Source: Mayamaea pseudoterrestris (Eukaryota). From it: 64,000 nt of DNA. Position numbers and translations under genes: made by a program. Below the pieces are notes generated by a model. The model made no database searches and had not been told where the DNA came from. It worked only from the letters and a program-made list of their open reading frames with translations. Below, piece by piece: positions 1-10,100 of the stretch (positions are counted from its first letter, which is position 1; every line of letters starts with the position of its first letter). The stretch spans positions 310,001-374,000 of the forward strand of contig BROI01000007.1 in assembly GCA_027923505.1 (NCBI GenBank), read 5' to 3'.

Positions 1-2240
1 CATCACCATGTATGCCACGGTGAGACTGAGCAGATCCAACAACTTGTTGGATCTGCTAGCGGTGCACCTCAAGTGGCAAGTGAGACTTCCAAAATGGCCT
101 GCAGACCCCAAAATACAGCCTGTAAGGACTGGAACATTGATTGGGACTCATAAAATTGTCCATCCATCACTATGCCCTGAGACTCCGCACATTCAACCAA
201 TGGTTGAATGTGCCAGCCCTGCACCCTTTTTGGCTGCAGGGATCATCAGCATTGCCCACTGAGCCCTCCAATTTCTTTCCAATCATGTTTGTTGTCAATG
301 ATGGGCCATAGGTTGGTCAGTTGCACCTCAGCATCCATCACCATGTACGCCACGGTGAGACTGAGCAGATGCAACAACTTGTTGGATCTGCTAGCGGTGC
401 ACCTCAAGTGGCAAGTGAGACTTCCAAAATGGCCTGCAGACCCCATAATCGGCCAACATGGACTGGAACATTGATTGGGGCTCATAGATTGTCCATTTGG
501 GTGTGGAAGCCATCAATATGCCCTGAGACTCCGCACATTCAACCATTGGTTGAATGTGCCAGCCCTGCTCCCTTTTTGGCTGCAGGGATCATCAGCATTG
601 CCCGCTGAGCCCTCCAATTTCTTTCCAATCATGTTTGTTGTCAATGATGGGCCATAGGTTGGTCAGTTGCACCTTAGCATCCATCACCATGTATGCCATG
701 GTGAGACTGAGCAGATGCAAAAACTTGTTGGATCTGCTAGTGGTGCACCTCAAGTGGCAAGTGAGACTTCCAAAATAGCCTGCAGACCCCATAATACCTC
801 ATAATACAACCAGTAAGGACTTGCACATTGATTGGGGCTCATGGACTTGTCCATTTGGGTGTGGAAGCCATCAATATGCCCTGAGACTCCGCACATTCAA
901 CCATTGGTTGAATGTGCCAGCCCTGCACCCTTTTTGGCTGCAGGGATCATCAGCATTGCCCGCTGAGCCCTCCAATTTCTTTCCAAACATGTTTTTTGTC
1001 AATGATGGGCCATAAGATGGTCAGTTGCACCTCATCATCCATCACCATGTATGCCACGGTGAGACTGAGCAGATCCGACAACTGGTTGGATCTGCTAGCA
1101 GTGCACCTCAAGAGGCAAGTGAGACTTCCAAAATGACCTACAGACCCCATAATACAACCTGTAAGGACTTGCACATTGATTGGGGCTCATAGACTTGTCC
1201 ATTTGGGTGTGGAAGCCATCAATATGCCCTGAGACTCCGCACATTCAACCAATGGTTGAATGTGCCAGCACTGCTCCCATTTTGGCTGCAGGAATCATCA
1301 GCATTGCCAGCTGAGCCCTCCAATTTCTTTCCAATCATGTTTGTTGTCAATGATGGGCCATAAGTTGGCCAGTTGCACCTCATCATCCATCACCATGTAT
1401 GCCACAGTGAGACTGAGCAGATGCAAGAACTTGTTGGATCTGCTAGCGGTGCACCTCAAGTGGCAAGTGAGACTTCCAAAATGGCCTGCAGACCCCATAA
1501 TACAGCCAACATGGACTGGAACATTGATTGGGGCTCATAGACTTGTCCATTTGGGTGTGGAAGCCATCACTATGCCCTGAGACTCCGCACATTCAACCAT
1601 TGGTTGAATGTGCCAGCCCTGCTCCCATTTTGGCTGCAGGGATCATCAGCATTGGCCGCTGAGCCCTCCAATTTCTTTCCAATCATGTTTTTTGTCAATG
1701 ATGGGCCATAAGATGGTCAGTTGCACCTCATCATCCATCACCATGTATGCCACGGTGAGACTGAGCAGATCCGACAACTTGCTGGATCTGCTAGCAGTGC
1801 ACCTCAAGTGGCAAGTGAGACTTCCAAAATGACCTACAGACCCCATAATACAACTTGTAAGGACTTGCACATTTATTGGGGCTCATAGACTTGTCCATTT
1901 GGGTGTGGAAGCCATCAATATGCCCTGAGACTCCGCACATTCAACCAATGGTTGAATGTGCCAGCCCTGCTCCCATTTTGGCTGCAGGAATCATCAGCAT
2001 TGCCCGCTGAGCCCTCCAATTTCTTTTTAATCATGTTTGTTGTCAATGATGGGCCATAAGTTGAGCAGTTGCACTTCATCATCCATCACCATGTATGCCA
2101 CGGTGAGACTGAGCAGATGCAAGAACTTGTTGGATCTGCTAGCGGTGCACCTCAAGTGGCAAGTGAGACTTCCAAAATGGCCTGCAGACCCCATAATCGG
2201 CCAACATGGACTGGAACATTGATTGGGGCTCATAGATTGT
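1..2240. repeat. Satellite family 1: tandem 348-bp unit, about 6.5 copies visible, runs off the left edge
   Basis: The motif catcaccatg recurs at 1, 336, 682, 1040, 1388, 1736 and 2084 (periods 335, 346, 358, 348, 348, 348). Each unit holds two long palindromes. Confidence 0.97.
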
Positions 2241-2532
2241 TCGGCTCAGGGCGGATGTTTAGAGGAGACTGCCTTGGGGACACTCATAAGATACCTTATG
2301 AGTACACTCTGAGTGATACACACATCATCGATGGTTCGGGACACGTCAGATGCGACATCAATGGAGGACGGACAACCACAGACCAAGTTGCCGATCCCCA
2401 GCCGATGCCTCTCATTCCTCTTGCTTGCTTGCTTGCCAACCCTGTTGTCTAGCCAGCTTGTTTGTTTGTTTGTTCTTGCCTTTGTTGCTCGAACCGCGTT
2501 TCTCAGCTTTCCTTCCCTCATTTCTCTCGATC

Positions 2533-5218
2533 ATGACGCTTGTCCGTTTGCCAGAAGCTCTCGAAGAGTTCCAGGGATCCCCAGCCAGCTTTCGCCTCCC
2601 CATTGAAACCAAGATCAAGACGACTTGGCTGGGTGCCAATGTGCCGCCGAAAGACGAGAGAGCCGCAGCCATGGAGTTCCAGATTGATGGTTGGGCTACA
2701 GGAAACGAGGTAGTGACGAGAGAGCAAGTGTTGGAGCTCCACAAGAGGATGTCGCTCTCGGACGAACCAGCCGGAGGTGGCCAGCAACTTTGGCTCGGGA
2801 CGCCAGCCCGGCTCAGAAAGTTGACGCAAGAAGACATTGGAGGGATACTCAGCCTTTCCACTTTCCAGCGCCAGTACCATGGGAATCAGCAGCCCGATCA
2901 TGAAGACCAGACGGCCGCCGCTGGGCAGACGGTCATCGTTTGCTCGGAGCGACCGTGGGCACAAAGGACGGACTCAAGTACAGTGTCCAGTCTGAGGAAG
3001 AAGAGTTGGAGACGCCACAGAGAGACTCGGAGACGCACCATTGAGTGTTGCGCCGCGCGTTATCAGCCAAGTGGATTTCCCCAACCCCAGCTATCAATCC
3101 AGTCCTCGCGACGGTGGCAAGAAACTCGCGAGAGGATCGCACCGACACCATCGACGACTGGTACACCAACATCATGGAGGATATGCTCATCTTTCCCCGC
3201 GGAGACAAGCTGCTGCAGCCAATGGTCCTCTTGTTTCATAAAGACGACGCGGCGCCAGACGACACTCCCGAGTCGACCATTATTGGAGGACAAGGAACCT
3301 TGCACGCCAACATGGAAGAACCAATGAAGTACATGCACGACGAGAAGGCAGTTTTAGCATATGCCACCAACAAGGAGCTCGAGCGCGACACGACAGCGCT
3401 CGCGCTGATGGGACGCTGCTTCTTTCTTCCCAAAAACCATGGCATCCCACTCGCAGTTGGATTCGACCCAGCCACATGCAACACTGGCAAAGCATTCATG
3501 GCGCATTGCATGGACTTCACGGGCCATCCGGCTGAAGTTTACGCTTGGATGGACAGCAACCCATTGTTGGATTTGTGGTTACAGACATGCTTCCACAGCC
3601 CCAAAGAAATGGAAGTGGAGACGTGCTTCATGTCGCAAGTCGCCGACACATGGACCGATTGGAAAAGCATTGATAGTAAAGCATCATTCGATACCTTCCA
3701 TCTCCCGGAGTTAGTCATGCGCAGCCGCCTGCTCTGGGATCATTTGGAAGCCACAATTGGCCAGAACTGGACGACAAAGTTGCGGCAGCTGGGCACACAC
3801 GCCATGACGATTTTTGACCAGTCGCCAGACATTGCTTCCTTCCACACGTATCACATGGAGGACATGTGGTACATGGTGGGTTTGCTAAACATAAAAACTC
3901 AGACATGGGTGAAGAATTTCGAAATACAGTTCCAAAAGAAAAACTTGCCGAGCTGGCTCGAGGATTACGCGCGCCTCGACATTCAAGCGTCGCTATCTGC
4001 CGAGAGCCTCGCCACAATGAAGATAGAAACAAAGGAGCATTTAGCGGGCAATATGACTCCGTCTTCCGCCGCAAAGGGACGCAAGCGCCCGCCTCCAGAG
4101 GATTTACTCTCAGGCATCTTCAAAGACCGTTTCCACTCGACATCAGCCAGTCCGTTCCAAGCCAAGACAGACAGTCGGACCCCTCACGAGAGCACTTCGG
4201 AAACCTTCAGTGTCAAAAAATTACGCTATAACGCTCAAACATTGTGGGAGCGCCGTGATCAAGGAGACCAAGACGACGACGCGTGCATCTATGCTGGCTC
4301 AAGGCCGCCACAGCAGGCGACCGACCGGCCACGCCCGAACGGTACCGTCCCAAACAGCAACAAAAACAAGCGGCCAGAACGCAAAATTTGTCTGGTTTAT
4401 TCCTCCCGTTTGAGCAAGACCGAACGGGCATGCACCGGTATTTGCAAAATGAGGAGGACTGCACACAAACACCCTTTGGCTGGTGCCTCATTCCCACTGT
4501 CGATACCATTGACGACCCATTCATGTTCACTCGTGAACGCTACGTTGGCGGCACCTTGGTAGCAGCCATGGTGGATATTGCTCACTTGGGATCATATCCA
4601 GTTCCTCCTACCGTCCGTTTCGGACCAACCAATGAGGAAGACGCAAATACGGTCTACGACGACTACACAATGTTTCTTCCAGGCATCATCAGCAAGGCTT
4701 ATTGCATTAATGTTCTCGCGGGTCGCACAGGCCAAGGCGAGTCCAGACAAGTCAGCAGCTTCTTTGCAAACGAGTTAGAGGCAGCAACACACTCCAGTTT
4801 TTCGACATACTTTCGCCCATTGTTTGAGAGCGACATCTTCTTTCGTGGCGCGTCGCAAGTCAAGGCATTACAAACTGGAGCAGTATCAGCTGGTGAAACA
4901 TATCAATACGGAAACCTCTCAGCCGCAATTACGCCCTTCCACTTTATTCCAACTGTATTGAGCAGCAGCAGCTACCGACTCCCGCAGGATGGACTGTCCA
5001 GCACGCAGATGATTCAGTTGATTAAAAACTTGGGTTGGTGGCTCCACATCATGTTCCATTTTCCATCGCGCTACAAGAATCTTCGCAGTATCAATTCAGA
5101 ACTATCGCCATTCCTGCTTGTATCACCACTCGCTGGCAACTTGTTTTGGCTGACTGAACTGCTCAGCAATCATCCGACTCAACAAGCATGGTCACGACTA
5201 GCGCCACACCGCCCATGA
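2533..5218 (+). pseudogene. Putative ORF1 (gag-like) of the DIRS/Ngaro element, split by about two frameshifts
   Basis: ATG at 2533 (MTLVRLPEAL...) follows a pyrimidine-rich leader. The overlapping long ORFs 2350-3327, 3045-4562 and 4283-5218 read as one protein if joined near 3050 and 4380. No domain recognised; the gag assignment is by position only. Confidence 0.5.
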
Positions 5219-5334
5219 CCACGGGCGGTCTTTATTGGCCTGCAACGCTGATAAAAATCTTTCTTGGATGGGCATTGGAATTACTGTCCTGACGAAAGCA
5301 CTGGCGTAAGGAGGAAAAGCTGTCATATCATATC

Positions 5335-7023
5335 ATGTTTCCGCGCTTCCTTTGGGCGTATGTGCCAGGCCTTTTCCTCGCATTGATATCATACATCCCT
5401 CCAAAACATGGGCGTCTTGGCGACGAAGGACGATTAATCAATGACCCTTCAACGCCCTTACACCCGCTCGATCGCGGAAACGTTAATCGCCAGATGCCCA
5501 AGATTGGCAAAGCAGGACATGACGCATTGCAAAATCCAAAAGTACATTATGGCTCGGTCATTCCGCGCATGATCAAGCTCATTTGGAACCTGCGCTTAGA
5601 CCATCCAACGGAGGAAATATACATGGCAGCGGACGACATATCAGCCGCATTCCGCTGGCTCCACTACCACCCTGACATTGCAGTTGCTTTCAGCACGGTC
5701 CTAGCCGACTGGTTGGTTATCCCTGTTGGGCAAATCTTTGGCGGCGTGCCGTGCCCTGGTTGGTACATGAAGCTGGGTGAGATACGCAGTCTCATCGCAG
5801 CAAGGGGCAGCCACACTAACAAGGGATCTCTCGAGTATTCATCCACTGCAGGAGGTTCAGATACCGCCTATCGCAGTACCGTTGTACAACCAAGGCTGCT
5901 CCTTGGCCCCGATTACAAGCTTGGCTTCTCCTCGTTTGTTGATGACCAAGGCGTGGCGGCCATTGGCTCCACAATCAAGGAAGCGGTCCATCGCAGTGTC
6001 ATTGCAGCAAGAATTGTCTTTGGAGATGTGGACGATAGACGCCGCGGCGCCTGCATCAATGCGGCCAAGTGGCAGCCACACATCTCGCACAAACTCCATT
6101 ACTTGGGCCTTGACTGGGACACACGCCGCATGGAGGTTTGCCTGCCAATTTTGAAACAACAAAAATTAGCCTACTTGCTGGATCAAATACACAGCGACTG
6201 GACGACAGCACAAAGGCCAAAATCAGTCCTGGTACCTGTCGGGGACAAAGCCACCATCTTGGGCTTACTGCGCCATGGAGCCTCCGTGGCTGATCTCGCC
6301 GACTATCTGTCCATTCGCTTGCAGCAATCACTTTCCGACCAAGCCTCTAAAGCTGACGCAAAACTGCGGCACAGCCTCGCTCGTCGGGGCACTGCAAAGG
6401 ATAAACAGATTGCCCTACGAAAGTGGTGGAAAACAGCTCGCATTGCCTTATCGGCGGGAGCATTTGCCGACACCCTCTGTATGTTACGCCAAACGCTCGA
6501 CAACGAGGAGTGGGCTCACGTTTGGAGAAAACCAATCGGGTTGATGGTCGACCGCGAGCCGACCAACTCAATGAAGAGCGATGCCAGCACCAAGGGACTT
6601 GGAGCATTCAACCATCTCTTGAGCTTCATGTGGCGCTTAAATGACGAGGACTTGGCCGCTTGTGGGTTTAAAACGCGGAACGTTCAAACTCGCCCATTGC
6701 AAGGACCCATCACAGATGACGACTATCACATCAATGTACTGGAGTTTGTTGCCATCATTATCAACGTCGTCCTGTCCATTGCAGTCTACAAAAATTGCCC
6801 CATTCGACGCCACCAACAACACATCTTCAATGTGCTATCCGACAACACATCCGCGCTCTCGTGGATGCGCCATGCCGCCCGCTGTAACAAGCCACACGTA
6901 CGCCGCCTCGCCAGGTTTTTCCACGCAATTGTTACTTACAGCACGCTTTTCCTTCGGCAGGTACCGCCAACCCAAGATGCGGGCGAGATGGGCGCACCCA
7001 ACCACTTGCCTTTGTCGACTTAG
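5335..7023 (+). CDS. Reverse transcriptase + RNase H of DIRS/Ngaro type, probably truncated at both ends
   Basis: RT motifs GRLINDPS, AADDISAAFRWL, IPVGQIFGG..CPG, SSFVDD (YxDD), LHYLGLDWDT. RNase H motifs SDASTKGLGA, HINVLEFVAI, SDNTSALSW. The usual final RNase H motif (HIPGxxNxxADxLSR) is missing. Confidence 0.88.
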   Translation: MFPRFLWAYVPGLFLALISYIPPKHGRLGDEGRLINDPSTPLHPLDRGNVNRQMPKIGKAGHDALQNPKVHYGSVIPRMIKLIWNLRLDHPTEEIYMAADDISAAFRWLHYHPDIAVAFSTVLADWLVIPVGQIFGGVPCPGWYMKLGEIRSLIAARGSHTNKGSLEYSSTAGGSDTAYRSTVVQPRLLLGPDYKLGFSSFVDDQGVAAIGSTIKEAVHRSVIAARIVFGDVDDRRRGACINAAKWQPHISHKLHYLGLDWDTRRMEVCLPILKQQKLAYLLDQIHSDWTTAQRPKSVLVPVGDKATILGLLRHGASVADLADYLSIRLQQSLSDQASKADAKLRHSLARRGTAKDKQIALRKWWKTARIALSAGAFADTLCMLRQTLDNEEWAHVWRKPIGLMVDREPTNSMKSDASTKGLGAFNHLLSFMWRLNDEDLAACGFKTRNVQTRPLQGPITDDDYHINVLEFVAIIINVVLSIAVYKNCPIRRHQQHIFNVLSDNTSALSWMRHAARCNKPHVRRLARFFHAIVTYSTLFLRQVPPTQDAGEMGAPNHLPLST

Positions 7024-7127
7024 TTTACTTTTCTACTCGACACAACGTGCTCATTAGCCATAGCGCACTCCTGAAAGATGGCAGCCAGGCATCGATTGCG
7101 CCTCGTTTCGATCGATAAGAGCCAAAA

Positions 7128-10100
7128 ACAACTTGTCACCAGTCTCAGCCTGTGTGACAACTTGTCAGCAGTCAAATGCCCTACAGCCATCAGCATGCCG
7201 CAGCCCTACAACAATAGCACAGCATGGTGCCAACATCATTATTCAGGCTGCGCTACATGATGGTATGCCTGGCTGGTGTCTCAGGGGTTGGCAATGTATT
7301 TGGTGACAACTTGTCACCAGTGTTAGCCCGCAAATGTCGTGACATTTAAACACCCCTACAGCAAGCCCTGTAGGTGCCCAAAATACACCAAAATGGTGCC
7401 AACATCATTTTTAAGGCTGCCCTATAAGATGGAATGCCAGGCTAGTGTCTCAGGGGCTGGCAATGTATTTGGTGACAACTTGTCACCAGTCTCAGCCTGT
7501 AGATGCCGTGACATTGAAACGCCCCTAGAACAGGCCCTGTGCCAACATCATTATTCCGGCTGCGCTACAAGATGGTAGGCTTGGTTGGTGTCTCAGGGGT
7601 TGGCAATGTATTTGGTGACAACTTGTCACCAGTCTCAGCCCGCAGATGCCGTGACATTCAAATGCCCCTACAGCAAGCCCTGTAGGTGCCCAAAATACAC
7701 CAGAATGGCGCCAACATCATTATTCAGGCTGCGCTAGAAGATTGTATGCCTGGCTGGTGTCTCAGGGGTTGGAAATGTATTTGGTGACAACTTGTCACCA
7801 GTCTCAGCCCGCAGATGCCATGACATTCTAACCCCCCTACAGCAAGCCCTGTAGGTGCCCAAATTACACCAGAATAATGCCAACATCATTATTCAGGCTG
7901 CGCTACATGGTGGTATGCCTGGCTGGTGTCTCAGGGGTTGGCAATGTATTTGATGACAACTTGTCACCAGTCTCAGCCCGCAGATGCCGTGACATTGAAA
8001 CCCCCCTACAACAGGCCCTGTAGGTGCCCAAATTACACCAGAATGGTGCCAACATCATTATTCAGGCTGCGCTACAAGATGGTAAGCTTGGCTGGTGTCT
8101 CAGGGGTTGGCAATGTATTTGGTGACAACTTGTCACCAGTCTCAGCCTGCAGATGTCATGACATTCAAACGCCCCTACAGCAAGCCCTGTAGGTGCCCAA
8201 AATACACCAGAAGGGTGCCAACATCATTATTCAGGCCACGCTACAAGATGGTACGCTTGGTTGGTGTCTCAAGGATTGACAATGTATTTGGTGACAACTT
8301 GTCACCAGTCTCAGCCCGCAGATGCCGTGACATTCAAACCCCCCTACAGCAGGCCCTGTGGGTGACCAAATTACACCAGAATGGTGCCTACATCATTATT
8401 CAGGCTGCGCTAGAAGATGGTATGCCTGGCTGGTGTCTCAGGGGTTGGAAATGTATTTGGTGACAACTTGTCACCAGTCTCAGCCCGCAGATGCCATGAC
8501 ATTCTAACCCCCCTACAGCAAGCCCTGTAGGTGCCCAAATTACACCAGAATAATGCCAACATCATTATTCAGGCTGCGCTACAAGATGGTAGGCTTTGCT
8601 GGTGTCTCAGGGGCTGACAATGTATTTGGTGACAACTTGTCACCAGTCTCAGCCTGTAGATGCCATGACATTGAAACACCCCTACAACAGGCCCTGTAGG
8701 TGCTCAAGTTACACCAGAATGGTGACAACGTCATTATTCCGGCTGCGCTACAAGATGGTAGGCTTGGTTGGTGTCTCAGGGGTTGGCAATGTATTTGGTG
8801 ACAACTTGTCACCAGTCTCAGCCTATAGATGCCGTGACATTGAAACGCCCCTAGAACAGGCCCTGTAGGTGCTCAATTTACACCAGAATGGTGACAACGT
8901 CATTATTCCGGCTGCGCTACAAGATGGTAGGCTTGGTTGGTGTCTCAGGGGTTGGCAATGTATTTGGTGACAACTTGTCACCAGTCTCAGCCCGCAGATG
9001 CCGTGACATTCAAACCCCCCTACAGCAGGCCCTGTGGGTGCCCAAATTACACCAGAATGGTGCCTACATCATTATTCAGGCCACGCTACAAGAGGGTACG
9101 CTTGGTTGGTGTCTCAGGAATTGATAATGTATTTGGTGACAACTTGTCACCAGTCTCAGCCCGCAGATGCTGTGACATTCAAACCCCCCTACAGCAGGCC
9201 CTGTGGGTGCCCAAATTACACCAGAATGGTGCCTACATCATTATTCCGGCTGCGCTACAAGATGGTAGGCTTGGTTGGTGTCTCAGGGGTTGGCAATGTA
9301 TTTGGTGACAACTTGTCACCAGTCTCAGCCCGCAGATGCCGTGACATTCTAACCCCCCTACAGCAAGCCCTGTAGGTGCCCAAAATACACCAGAATAATG
9401 CCAACATCATTATTCAGGCTGCGCTACATGATGGTATGCCTGGCTGGTGTCTCAGGGGTTGGCAATGTATTTGATGACAACTTGTCACCAGTCTCAGCCC
9501 GCAGATGCCGTGACATTGAAACCCCCCTACAGCAGGCCCTGTAGGTGCTCAAGTTACACCAGAATGGTGCCAACATCATTTTTCAGGCTGCGCTACAAGA
9601 TGGTAGGCTTGGTTGGTGTCTCAGGGGTTGGCAATGTATTTGGTGACAACTTGTCACCAGTCTCAGCCTGCAGATGTCATGACATTCAAACGCCCCTACA
9701 GCAAGCCCTGTAGGTGCCCAAAATACACCAGAATGGTGCCAACATCATTATTCAGGCCAAGCTACAAGAGGGTACGCTTGGTTGGTGTCTCAGGAATTGA
9801 TAATGTATTTGGTGACAACTTGTCACCAGTCTCAGCCCGCAGATGCCGTGACATTGAAACCCCCCTACAGCAGGCCCTGTAGGTGCTCAAGTTACACCAG
9901 AATGGTGCCAACATCATTATTCAGGCTGCGCTACAAGATGGTAGGCTTGGTTGGTGTCTCAGGGGTTGGCAATGTATTTGGTGACAACTTGTCACCAGTC
10001 TCAGCCTGCAGATGTCATGACATTCAAACGCCTCTACAGCAAGCCCTGTAGGTGCCCAAAATACACCAGAAGGGTGCCAACATCATTATTCAGGCCAAGC

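Larger units (their letters stand above)
2241..7127 (+). mobile_element. DIRS/Ngaro-type (tyrosine-recombinase class) retrotransposon remnant; no recombinase ORF visible
   Basis: Unique sequence between two satellites, with a long frameshifted ORF1 followed by an RT-RNase H ORF carrying DIRS/Ngaro-style motifs. Boundaries are set by where the satellites end. Confidence 0.8.

Noticed and set aside
1..2240. Short ORFs in the 348-bp satellite (unit length divisible by 3)
   Set aside because: The frames I translated have stops in each unit, some units change length by non-multiples of 3, and there is no recognisable domain.
2282..2340. Hairpin ACTCATAAG-ATAC-CTTATGAGT near the DIRS-like element's left end, as a possible ribozyme
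   Set aside because: The stem is real, but there is no intact hammerhead core (CTGANGA...GAAA) around it.
2236..7131. Possible terminal inverted repeat of the DIRS-like element (ttgttcggctc versus gagccaaaaacaa)
   Set aside because: Too short and gapped, and partly made of satellite sequence.
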